From the IMG/VR virus record IMGVR_UViG_2522572164_000008: a DNA stretch of 27,592 nucleotides; one strand, given 5' to 3'. This document shows, one piece after another, positions 18,347 through 26,596 of the stretch (positions are counted from its first letter, which is position 1; every line of letters starts with the position of its first letter). The notes under the pieces were generated by a model, which was not told where the DNA came from, ran no database searches, and saw only the letters and a list, made by a program, of their open reading frames with translations. Made by a program: the position numbers and the translations under genes. The DNA is from a virus (Duplodnaviria; Heunggongvirae; Uroviricota; Caudoviricetes).

Positions 18347-18692
18347 GGCTGGAACACAGCATACCCAAACTCACCCTAAATTTATATACACCTTCCTGGC
18401 GGTGCACCGTGATTGCATAGCTGACGGTAAAAACACTGTACACGTAGCCGCTGATACGCTGGTTGATGCCTGCGAGATGCTCAATGACATGGGCTATATC
18501 TCGGCAACATGGAAAGGGCGCGAAGAAAACACGCTGTTTATTCAGAAATGCGAGAACAATTTTATCTGGCGTTTTATCGCCCTGAGCACAGCACAACCGC
18601 GCGTAATTCACATCGAGGCCACCAGCGAACAGGAAGCGCGTCAGCAATCTCCTGATGGCTGCGTGATGGTATTCGCTGCCCGTATTCGCTAG
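18347..18692 (+). CDS. Hypothetical protein (115 aa)
   Basis: ATG at 18347 with GAGGTAACGATT upstream; this is the 3' part of the long stop-free frame and is probably the real gene. Confidence 0.5.
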
Positions 18693-18702
18693 GAGGTGCA
18701 CC

Positions 18703-19068
18703 ATGCATAACCTGTCAATTTATGACCTTAACAGCATTCAGTTTCGTGAGAAATTCACCGAGCAGCTACTGGTTAACGTGGAGAATGGACGCGTGGTAAG
18801 TAATTATCACCTGCCGGATGGTGCAATTGCCGGAAGCGTTGAAGCATTGCTGGAACTGGCAGAACGTGCGCGACTTATTAAGCCGTTAACGAACCATCAC
18901 GATGATGATCTGCATTTTACCGGACGCATGGTGAGTCACTACGAAAACGGCGTCGAGGTATCCCGCGAACGGCTGCGTGATGATTGCTGTTTCGGAACAC
19001 TGCCGGAATTTAGCGAACTGCTGACCCGTTGCGATTACCGGATCATTCAGGGGGGAAGTCATGGGTAA
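18703..19068 (+). CDS. Hypothetical protein (121 aa)
   Basis: Strong RBS TAGGAGGTGCACC-ATG. Confidence 0.6.
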   Translation: MHNLSIYDLNSIQFREKFTEQLLVNVENGRVVSNYHLPDGAIAGSVEALLELAERARLIKPLTNHHDDDLHFTGRMVSHYENGVEVSRERLRDDCCFGTLPEFSELLTRCDYRIIQGGSHG

Positions 19069-19261
19069 TCAGCCAGCAACAATGACAATTACCCTGAATG
19101 TGCCAGATGATTTCACCGGGCGCGTACTGGTTTACCTGGATAAAGGGAAAGTGAAATCACAATGCCGACTGCGAAATAATGAAATTGTAAGTACGGTAGA
19201 AGGCTTTTCTGAACTATGTATTCGTGCAGGAATAAAACCGGAACTGCTGACAGGAAAATAA
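19061..19261 (+). CDS. Hypothetical small protein (66 aa)
   Basis: RBS GGGGGGAAGTC-ATG; start overlaps the upstream gene end. Confidence 0.5.
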   Translation: MGNQPATMTITLNVPDDFTGRVLVYLDKGKVKSQCRLRNNEIVSTVEGFSELCIRAGIKPELLTGK

Positions 19262-19265
19262 AACC

Positions 19266-19556
19266 ATGAAAAAGAAAAATTCTGGCTTTACTGCCAGCGG
19301 CCTCTCTCGGTCTGCAATTCGCTCTGGCGATATTTACCGCGACACCAGACGTGGGGGACGAGTGGTTATTCGTCACGTTACGCCAGGCAATATCACCTAC
19401 CGCCGTGAGGCTTACGAATATGACTGCGTAATGCCGCGCCGTCAGTTTGAGCGTGATTTTATTCTGGTGGAAAACAAACAATTGGCGGTGGCAAGACGTG
19501 CAGCCTCGAATATTAAAAAAATCCGGGCAATGTTGGTTGCGGGAGGTAAGAAGTGA
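19266..19556 (+). CDS. Hypothetical small basic protein (96 aa), possibly of a conserved island-associated family
   Basis: Motif GDIYRDTRRGGRVVIRHV...YEYDCVMPRRQFERDF resembles small proteins recalled from P4-integrase islands; stop overlaps the start of the next gene. Confidence 0.5.
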   Translation: MKKKNSGFTASGLSRSAIRSGDIYRDTRRGGRVVIRHVTPGNITYRREAYEYDCVMPRRQFERDFILVENKQLAVARRAASNIKKIRAMLVAGGKK

Positions 19557-21685
19557 AAAACGCACCGAATTTAAAATATCAGCCAAAGGATAAATTCACC
19601 GAGGTAATCATTTTTGCCGGGACGGATGCTTACGCCCATGCTCAACACTGGATTGAAAGCGAAGGACGAAAACACGGCGATAACGTGCCACCTGTTTACC
19701 TGGGGCCAACGCAACTGGCAGATCTGGCTAATATCCGCATTATCGACGATGAGCGCCGCTTTGCGCGTGTTTATATCGCGGGGGAGATAGAGCCAATCCA
19801 GATCAATGCTATCGCTGAAAAGCTGGCGCTGGCTGGCGTACAGGATGCGAAATTATACAAAGGCATCACCGACCGGGAGCCGGAGAACTGGCGCGACTAC
19901 CTGCAACGGATCCGCGAACAGGCAGAGCGCGGGGAAACCATTCCTGAAGGAATCGGAATAGCTGGTGGATCACCCGGTAAAACAGACCCCATGAAACCGC
20001 ATATTACCGAAAAAGACGGGGCGCTCTGGTATATCGAGCCAATCCCCAACACCAGGGCAGAGGAGATGAATTATAAAGAAACCTGGCTGAGTGACCGGAT
20101 GCGCACGGCAGGTATTGGTAACGACGGAAGGGAAGCGTATCTGATCATTGAAATGATCCCGGAAGGGACACAAAAAATTATTTACGAAGCGATGCCGCGC
20201 AATGAAATCGGTATGCCCGCAGGATGGGCGCGATTACGTGGGCGGGGAGTTGCAATCACTACCAGTGCCCATTTACTGAACAAACTGGCGGAATACCTGC
20301 AACGTCATGGAGATCGCACGGTGTGGGAGGTCACATCAACAGCAGGTTGGCATTGTGGAGCCTATGTTATGCCTGATGGCGAGGTGATTGGTGTGCCTGA
20401 CCGTCCCGTAGCATTCTGCGGCGGATCTGCCGCCATCAAAGGCTATATTGTCAGGGGCACGGTGCATGAATGGCGAAATAATGTTGCTTCTCTGATGCGT
20501 GGCAATCACTCAATGATGCTTGGGGTGCTGGTCGGGCTGGCAGCCCCGCTAAATTCCCTTGTGGGTGGTAGTTGTTTTGGTATTCATCTTTTCGCGCAGT
20601 CGTCAGCGGGGAAAACCACGACTGTGGAGGCCGCCACCAGCCTTTATGGCGACCCTGAAATGCTTAAACTCTCGTGGGATGCCACCCGGCACGGGCTGAC
20701 AGTGGAAGCAGCTGCACGTAATGACGGTTTTATCCCTATTGATGAAATTGGTCAGGGAGGAAGGGTTAATGACATTGCGCAATCCGCCTACAGCCTGTTT
20801 AACGGTGTGGGCAGGATTCAGGGGCGCAAGGACGGCGGTAATCGTGCGGTAATGCGCTGGAAAATAGCGGCACTAAGCACCGGAGAAGAAGATTTTGAAA
20901 CCTTCCTGTTAAAAGGGGGAATTGCCCCAAAGGCAGGGCAACTGGTGCGACTGCTAAGCATTCCCTTTACCGATACAACGGTGTTTAACGGTTATGACGA
21001 TGGTGATCAACATGCCAGGGCCATAAAGCGACTTTCATCAAATTATTGTGGCGCTGCGGGACGTGAGTGGGTGCGCTGGTTATCCGCTCACAAGGAGCTG
21101 GCTATCAACACCACTTCAGATAAAGAAAATGCCTGGCTGGGAAATCTGCCTGAAAATGCCTCGTCACAGGTAAGGCGAGTGGCATCGCGATTCGCCATGC
21201 TGGATGCAGCCGGAGAGCTTGCCACCGCAATTACTGGCTGGACAGCTGAAGAATGCCGGGAAGCAACGCAACGGGCTTTTGATGACTGGCTACAGGATTT
21301 CGGGCTGGAAAACCGGGAAAAATATCAGGTCATCAGTCGCGCCCGTGACTTTATTCAGCGCCATGCCCTGAGTCGTTTTCAGCCTTATACCTACGGGAAA
21401 AGCAATGGGGATATGGATAACCACTATGCATCCCGTATAAGCAATCTTGCAGGCTATCTTGTCAGCGGTAAGCGTGAGGATGGAAAACCCGAATATCACA
21501 TTATCCCGTCAGTGTTTGATAGCGAAATTTTATGCGGTATATCCAGGAACTTTGGGTGTCAGGCGCTGGAAGAAGCCGGAATGCTGGTTTGTGCAGAACC
21601 TGGTCGCTGGACATCGAAAACAGTGAAGATTAACGGAACACAGCAGCGATTTATCGTGCTGATTGATCAGGCAGAAGACGAATAG
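19553..21685 (+). CDS. Replication protein, primase/helicase-like P-loop NTPase (710 aa)
   Basis: GTG start with GGAGGT upstream; Walker A GxxxxGKT (FAQSSAGKTTTVE); large N-terminal domain; followed directly by an iteron array. Confidence 0.75.
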   Translation: MKNAPNLKYQPKDKFTEVIIFAGTDAYAHAQHWIESEGRKHGDNVPPVYLGPTQLADLANIRIIDDERRFARVYIAGEIEPIQINAIAEKLALAGVQDAKLYKGITDREPENWRDYLQRIREQAERGETIPEGIGIAGGSPGKTDPMKPHITEKDGALWYIEPIPNTRAEEMNYKETWLSDRMRTAGIGNDGREAYLIIEMIPEGTQKIIYEAMPRNEIGMPAGWARLRGRGVAITTSAHLLNKLAEYLQRHGDRTVWEVTSTAGWHCGAYVMPDGEVIGVPDRPVAFCGGSAAIKGYIVRGTVHEWRNNVASLMRGNHSMMLGVLVGLAAPLNSLVGGSCFGIHLFAQSSAGKTTTVEAATSLYGDPEMLKLSWDATRHGLTVEAAARNDGFIPIDEIGQGGRVNDIAQSAYSLFNGVGRIQGRKDGGNRAVMRWKIAALSTGEEDFETFLLKGGIAPKAGQLVRLLSIPFTDTTVFNGYDDGDQHARAIKRLSSNYCGAAGREWVRWLSAHKELAINTTSDKENAWLGNLPENASSQVRRVASRFAMLDAAGELATAITGWTAEECREATQRAFDDWLQDFGLENREKYQVISRARDFIQRHALSRFQPYTYGKSNGDMDNHYASRISNLAGYLVSGKREDGKPEYHIIPSVFDSEILCGISRNFGCQALEEAGMLVCAEPGRWTSKTVKINGTQQRFIVLIDQAEDE

Positions 21686-21717
21686 CACAACCTACGCTCG
21701 CAGAGGGTCAAAAATCG

Positions 21718-21990
21718 CGGGATATGCGGGATATCGGGATATGGAAATATATTGCATAAATATCAGTTATTTATGTGTTGTTGTCGTATCCCGCTGTATC
21801 CCGCCGTATCCCGGTATTTAGGTTTACGAGTGGTTGTAAAACAAACAAAATAACCGTATCCCGGAATGTATCCCGCAATATCTTATTGATGCATAAGCAA
21901 AAAAAAACTTACCGGGATATGGCGGGATATGAAAAATCACATAACGCTATGAAATAAATGGGTTTTTTTTGTTTATATCCCGATATCCCG
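21718..21990. repeat. Iteron array: 12 copies of the octamer CGGGATAT (or its complement) in alternating blocks, with A/T runs; candidate replication origin
   Basis: Forward copies at 21718, 21727, 21735, 21913, 21923; reverse copies at 21787, 21797, 21807, 21857, 21868, 21975, 21983; A- and T-runs at 21899-21907, 21963-21970 and 22005-22013. Confidence 0.7.
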
Positions 21991-22143
21991 GTAAAAAATG
22001 TTTTTTTACGCCTTATAGAGTACAGAAAAAAAGGTTGTTCAAATTTTGTATTACGATTGACTACTGTCAGCCATCCCACCCGGAAAAGGCATAAAAGCTG
22101 ACAGGTAACTGACAATGAGACTGTTTTATTTTTACGTGCCGAT

Positions 22144-22701
22144 ATGACGGCAACAATGATGGGGCAGAGCATGACAAAACTGACCATTAACAGAAAACCG
22201 AAAGGTATTTACGGCACGCCGCAGAAAACGACGCAGGCGGCACAGAAGCAGGATAAAACCACATCGGCACATAAAGTGATGCCCGGTAACCAGAAAGCGC
22301 AGCAGAAGCCCACAGGGGCGACACCGTGGCGGCATATGACCAAACGCCAGCGCAAAAACCGCAGGCGCGTTAACCGTCTCACTGAGTTGTGGCCTGAATT
22401 ATTCAGCCGGGAAGCACCGAAGCCACTTAAGGTGGGGATATTCGACGACCTGATGCAGGATATCGCCGTCAGGGGGCTGGCATTCGGTCCAGGGGCATTA
22501 CGTGCGACGCTGGCATCTTATGCGCAGTGTCCGCGCTATTACCGCGCCTTAATGGCTGGTGGGGTGCGCTATGACCTGAAAGGCCAGCCGTGCGGCGAGG
22601 TGACACCACAGAAACAGAACGAGGCAGAAATGCGGCTGATGGCGCTGAATGAGAAGCGCAAACGCCAGCGCCGGGCAGCCAGGGAGAAAACAGGCGCATG
22701 A
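22144..22701 (+). CDS. FinO/ProQ-domain RNA-binding protein-like (185 aa)
   Basis: Core PLKVGIFDDL...LRATLASYAQCPRYYRALMAGGVRYDLKGQPCGEV follows the ProQ/FinO domain pattern as recalled; basic N-terminal tail. Start codon uncertain. Confidence 0.65.
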   Translation: MTATMMGQSMTKLTINRKPKGIYGTPQKTTQAAQKQDKTTSAHKVMPGNQKAQQKPTGATPWRHMTKRQRKNRRRVNRLTELWPELFSREAPKPLKVGIFDDLMQDIAVRGLAFGPGALRATLASYAQCPRYYRALMAGGVRYDLKGQPCGEVTPQKQNEAEMRLMALNEKRKRQRRAAREKTGA

Positions 22702-22985
22702 TTCACGACAGCAAAGCGGAAGCACTGGAAGCGCGTGGACTGTACCGGAGAGCGGCGGCGCGGTGGGCTGAGGTCATCATGCTGGCGAATGATGACAAGG
22801 CACGGGAACAGGCGGCAAAACGTCGCGCGGAATGTATCCACAAGGCAGCACGCCCACCAGCAAGGCAGGATAATTTCGGGGAGATGCGCGAAACCATCAG
22901 CCGGGCACATGCCGGGATGGGATTACATCAGCCCAATGGTGAGGCATTCAGGAAATACCAAAAAAAGAACAATTGTAGTCAGTAA
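22698..22985 (+). CDS. PerC-like transcriptional activator-like small protein (95 aa)
   Basis: N-terminus AEALEARGLYRRAAARWAEV resembles PerC/Pch-family activators as recalled; ATG overlaps the upstream stop (ATGA). Confidence 0.5.
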   Translation: MIHDSKAEALEARGLYRRAAARWAEVIMLANDDKAREQAAKRRAECIHKAARPPARQDNFGEMRETISRAHAGMGLHQPNGEAFRKYQKKNNCSQ

Positions 22986-23119
22986 CAGAGGATGGGATTC
23001 TCTTGGTTTTTTGTTGATGCTTTCTGAGGAAATCTACTACGTTGCTGAGCAGATGAATATTCAATTGCATCTGGGTTCCTGATAAGATTAATCTGAATAT
23101 TTTCATTTGGAATAGGGAT

Positions 23120-23923
23120 ATGAATAAAACTTTAATTGCAACATTAGTCGGTATAGTAATGTTAACCGGATGTGGGCCAGAAGAGTTAACTCCAGAACAG
23201 AAACAGGAAGTAGCTGCTCTTAAAGCTGAACTGTCGCAAACGGAAGGTGAAATATCAGCAGCTAAGGAAGTTGACCAGCAGTTTTCTGGTGGGTTGATAA
23301 AAAATCTGACAACAGCAAGACTGGAAATATTAGGAACTAATAAAGCGCTTTTGGAACAGCGTATTAATGCTATTGAATCAGGTGCCAAAATTGATGTTGT
23401 TGTATCTGGAGTAAAACCTGATCCTGAGCTTGCGGCTTCAATTAAAACTGAAATTGACAGCTTAGATGCAAAAATCAACGAAGCCAAAGCTGATGCTCGT
23501 CAGTATAGTGGTGGTCTGATAAAGGTACTAAAATTATCTACTGTTGCCACTGAAGAGCAGACCATGGCAATGTTGCAGCAAAAGTACCTCACAGCCAAGT
23601 ATGGCCTCGCTGAAGTTAAGCTGGCATCAGTACAAGCTAATGACGCAAAAAACAGTACTGAAACGGAAGTAACAGCCAAAAATTCCCAAGAGCAACTTCC
23701 TTTACTCCCGCCAGCGGATGGTCCGTTTGGCTTAGAAGCCGGTCTTACACAGAAAAACATCGAAGATATGATCGGTGCTAAGCTCAAGCCACTACCAGAC
23801 AGTGTGAATCTGTATACTTCTGATAAATTACCGAAGCAAAACGCAGATTTTGAAATGTATGGTTTGCTGATCTCCCCGAAAGCTGGTTTATGTCAAATAC
23901 GGGCTTTAGGAAAAAAATATTGA
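23120..23923 (+). CDS. Lipoprotein (267 aa) with internal sequence repeats
   Basis: Signal peptide plus lipobox (MLTGC); internal repeat QQFSGGLIKNL / RQYSGGLIKVL; AT-rich relative to neighbours; RBS AGGGAT. Confidence 0.7.
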   Translation: MNKTLIATLVGIVMLTGCGPEELTPEQKQEVAALKAELSQTEGEISAAKEVDQQFSGGLIKNLTTARLEILGTNKALLEQRINAIESGAKIDVVVSGVKPDPELAASIKTEIDSLDAKINEAKADARQYSGGLIKVLKLSTVATEEQTMAMLQQKYLTAKYGLAEVKLASVQANDAKNSTETEVTAKNSQEQLPLLPPADGPFGLEAGLTQKNIEDMIGAKLKPLPDSVNLYTSDKLPKQNADFEMYGLLISPKAGLCQIRALGKKY

Positions 23924-23939
23924 TACTGATAGCTATGGA

Positions 23940-24263
23940 TTGGCTCTTAAATCCAAGTTTGAAGAATTGAGTAATTCTTTAAGTTCTCTGTATGGAAAGG
24001 CTGATACTACAGACTTTTTGCTGGCTGGTTCAATTTGGAAAGATCCTCAGGACTGGATGAGGGGGCTAAACAAAAAAGAACGCTTCTTATCTGCCACATG
24101 GAAGGGAACAAAAGAAATACCATTAAAAAACAATATTGATACTATATCTATTGAGGCCAGAGCGAACAATTCCACTCAGGGATATGTCTATCTGCAGTAC
24201 TCATTTACAAATGACGAAATTTGTCAGGCAGAAATTGAAGGGGCGAAAAAAAGTTCCCTTTAA
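23940..24263 (+). CDS. Hypothetical protein (about 107 aa, start uncertain)
   Basis: Open frame right after the lipoprotein gene; the first codon in the track is a non-ATG start; followed by a clear terminator. Confidence 0.35.
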   Translation: MALKSKFEELSNSLSSLYGKADTTDFLLAGSIWKDPQDWMRGLNKKERFLSATWKGTKEIPLKNNIDTISIEARANNSTQGYVYLQYSFTNDEICQAEIEGAKKSSL

Positions 24264-24275
24264 ACAATCCGTGCA

Positions 24276-24300
24276 AAGCCCCTTAGTAAGGGGCTTTTAT
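24276..24300 (+). terminator. Rho-independent terminator
   Basis: AAGCCCC-TTAGTAA-GGGGCTT stem-loop followed by TTTTAT. Confidence 0.6.
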
Positions 24301-24327
24301 ATATTAATGTTCAACGTGGGGGATTAG

Positions 24328-24651
24328 ATGAAAGATAATCTAGCAAAACTAATTGAAAATACTTTAAAAGATATTCTATTAGCTAATGCTGCTCTAACAT
24401 TCATTTTTGCAATACCAATGGCTATTATCAGTAGGCATGGGATGGGCATCACAATCTGGTTTATAACTGTGCTCATTGCACCTGCTCTGTGTGCAGTAGG
24501 TGCATGGCTTGTATCTCGAACATCCGGCCATGCTGAGGAGTTCTTTCATCGTCGGTGGGCTAAGCGAATTTATGTTTTTTATACTCTTGCGGCTGCCGAG
24601 TTTTTGCTTGTGTACTCAATCGCGCAAATAATGAAAAATCTGATGAAATAA
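24328..24651 (+). CDS. Small membrane protein (107 aa, two to three predicted TM helices)
   Basis: Hydrophobic segments AALTFIFAIPMAII and ITIWFITVLIAPALCAVGAWLV; RBS GGGGGATTAG-ATG. Confidence 0.6.
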   Translation: MKDNLAKLIENTLKDILLANAALTFIFAIPMAIISRHGMGITIWFITVLIAPALCAVGAWLVSRTSGHAEEFFHRRWAKRIYVFYTLAAAEFLLVYSIAQIMKNLMK

Positions 24652-24840
24652 TTAACAAGTTATTATCATGGAGCTTGTGGCTGTTAACCTGCAGTGAGGC
24701 GACAATCGTGTATTTATAAAAACTTCCCCTTTTCACTCCCCGCAGCTTCTTCTGCTATTGCCTTTATGTTTGCATGCACCAACATCTGCCATACCTTTGC
24801 AGAAAAATCAGAGCATTCAGTGCCGAAGGTTGGTTTATTG

Positions 24841-24933
24841 ATGCTTTTCGTTTCATTTGTTGCAATTGTCTCTGGTATCATTTCAATTTGTGCAATAATT
24901 GCAATTATTGTCATTCAGAAGGGATCATCATGA
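24841..24933 (+). CDS. Possible 30-aa single-pass hydrophobic peptide (alternative 55-aa form from ATG 24766)
   Basis: MLFVSFVAIVSGIISICAIIAIIVIQKGSS; stop overlaps the next ATG (ATGA). RBS spacing is suboptimal. Confidence 0.3.
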   Translation: MLFVSFVAIVSGIISICAIIAIIVIQKGSS

Positions 24934-25097
24934 AAAATCACGGAGTAAAGCCAGTTTTACTTTCCCGGAGGCAGATCGAAGCCCTGCAACGCATCCAGGA
25001 CGAAGAGCGTCAGAAATCTGTGCTTGGTGTGGCACCGTCGATTCATGTTATCGCTCGGCAACTGATGGATAAGGCACTTAAAGAGGTGAGACTGTGA
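24930..25097 (+). CDS. Hypothetical small protein (55 aa)
   Basis: ATG with AGAAGGGA upstream; overlaps both neighbours through ATGA and GTGA junctions. Confidence 0.4.
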   Translation: MKNHGVKPVLLSRRQIEALQRIQDEERQKSVLGVAPSIHVIARQLMDKALKEVRL

Positions 25098-25366
25098 AAT
25101 TAAATATCAGAGTGGATAAACGCCAGCTATGGCAGAAAAAAGAGAACAGCGAGGCATTCAGGGCGTTGCTGGTGGAAAATCTTCAGCATCGGTTCAGTGG
25201 AGAGTTGCCTGATGCTCTAGGGAAGAAACTGGAATCCCTGACGGTGGAAATTGGCGATTATGGCTTTGTTGATGTTGAAAGCACGACTGCCAACACAGAA
25301 ATCGTAAAACAGGTCGTCAATGATGTAATGAAAACCACGCTTAGCCAGCCATCCTGGCGCAACTGA
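25094..25366 (+). CDS. Hypothetical protein (90 aa)
   Basis: GTG start with AGAGGTGAG upstream; followed by a hairpin. Confidence 0.5.
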   Translation: MKLNIRVDKRQLWQKKENSEAFRALLVENLQHRFSGELPDALGKKLESLTVEIGDYGFVDVESTTANTEIVKQVVNDVMKTTLSQPSWRN

Positions 25367-25372
25367 ATCAGT

Positions 25373-25397
25373 AAGGGGCGGTTATTGCCCCTTTCCT
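25373..25397 (+). terminator. Putative terminator hairpin
   Basis: AAGGGGC-GGTTATT-GCCCCTT stem-loop followed by a weak T-rich tract. Confidence 0.45.
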
Positions 25398-25465
25398 CCA
25401 TACCCACAACGCATTCCCTTTCCGCATGAAATTATTTTTTATCGTATATGCATGAGGTGAGCTAC

Positions 25466-25993
25466 ATGTTGATGAGTAAAGCCGAATACGCCAAATACAA
25501 AGGCGTAAGCCGCCAGACAGTTTACGACTGGCTCGAGAAAGGCGAAGTGGTCATGTCCGGTAAAAAAATTGATGTGGAAGCGACAGAGCAGCGGAACAGC
25601 CCACCAGCACAGGGGAAAGACACCATTTCTGAAATGTGGCCAGAAAGAACGCTGGAAATGACATGGGGCGAGTTCTGGAAAGCAGTTAAGGCCAGAGACG
25701 GTAAAATTCCTGCGCCAGTAACGGACGAGGGCATACAGCAGCGTGTGCTGTATGCAGCCGGGGAATTAGGCTGGGAAGTGCACTTTCTTGATGATGGTGC
25801 TATCTGCCTTGAGGATGATGAAGGGCAGCATTACTTTGAAAAATACAATTTGCGAGGTAATGCCAGGCTGGCAATTCGTATGCTGCGTTGCGAACTCTGC
25901 TATGTTGCAGGTGATTATCCCGATGAACCGGAATCATGGAGTGAAGCCGGGTTAAACGCCCTGGCTGAGTGGGAAAAATCAGACCATCAATGA
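25466..25993 (+). CDS. HTH DNA-binding protein (about 175 aa), terminase-small-subunit-like or regulator-like
   Basis: N-terminal HTH SKAEYAKYKGVSRQTVYDWLEKGEV; GAGGTGA upstream; its stop is followed immediately by an array of direct repeats. Functional call speculative. Confidence 0.55.
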   Translation: MLMSKAEYAKYKGVSRQTVYDWLEKGEVVMSGKKIDVEATEQRNSPPAQGKDTISEMWPERTLEMTWGEFWKAVKARDGKIPAPVTDEGIQQRVLYAAGELGWEVHFLDDGAICLEDDEGQHYFEKYNLRGNARLAIRMLRCELCYVAGDYPDEPESWSEAGLNALAEWEKSDHQ

Positions 25994-25997
25994 CATC

Positions 25998-26221
25998 AAA
26001 AAGTGTCAAGTTGAGCAGCTTGCCGGGTTGACACTTTACACTCTGAACACGAAAAAGTGTCAACCTCGCTGTAAGCCCCGCCGTTACTGGCCTTGCGCCA
26101 GATTTACCACGTCAAAAAGCCGAAAAAATCGCGAAAAGTGTCAAGTTGCCATGCTTAGAAATGCCAGGGGAGGTTAAGTTTTGTTAAGGTTTTTCCCGAA
26201 AAAGTGTCAAGTGTGTCAACC
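25998..26221. repeat. Array of six copies of GAAAAAGTGTCAA(G/C)-type repeats (one inverted)
   Basis: Copies at 25998-26010, 26028-26039 (inverted), 26053-26066, 26133-26145, 26198-26211 and 26211-26221. Confidence 0.6.
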
Positions 26222-26596
26222 CGCGATATACAGATTTATTAAGGTTTTGAGCCAGAAAGAGTTAACCGCGCCGCTTTAGAAAACTTCAGGCACGCATTTG
26301 TGAAAGCATCAAATGAAGTTCTGTCATACTTTGCAAATCATGCAGATGCATCGTTACTGAGCATTTTAAGTTACAGTTGATGCGGACTGTCCACTTTAAC
26401 CTTTCAAAACGTTTCGTAGTAGGTACTAACTAGAATGCCAAGAGTCTTTCAGGTTCCGTGATGTTTAGCGTTGGATTTGATATTAAGTGTTTAAATTCAA
26501 TGTGTTACATTGTATTATAAAGTTTATTGCTAACAACTGTAGGGTAGATGCCAAGCGCACGCTAAGCATGTTATAATCATTTCAACTTTCATAATA

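Noticed and set aside
17124-18692. The 522-aa ORF as a single real protein
   Set aside because: Its middle third is antisense to a well-formed RHH gene and crosses a palindromic promoter region, and that part translates to low-complexity Ser/Cys/Pro-rich sequence. Only the last 115 codons (from ATG 18347 with RBS) are accepted as a gene; the first 150 are flagged as unresolved.
21718-21990. CRISPR array
   Set aside because: Repeat units are only 8 bp, in both orientations, with irregular 0-40 bp spacing; this fits iterons, not a CRISPR repeat-spacer structure. The same applies to the 13-bp repeats at 25998-26221.
22469-23487. Minus-strand ORFs 22469-22699, 22569-22910, 22703-22897, 22948-23487 and plus-strand 22735-23082
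   Set aside because: Overlap the FinO-like, PerC-like and lipoprotein genes in alternative frames or antisense; Arg/Ser/Cys-rich translations typical of out-of-frame reads.
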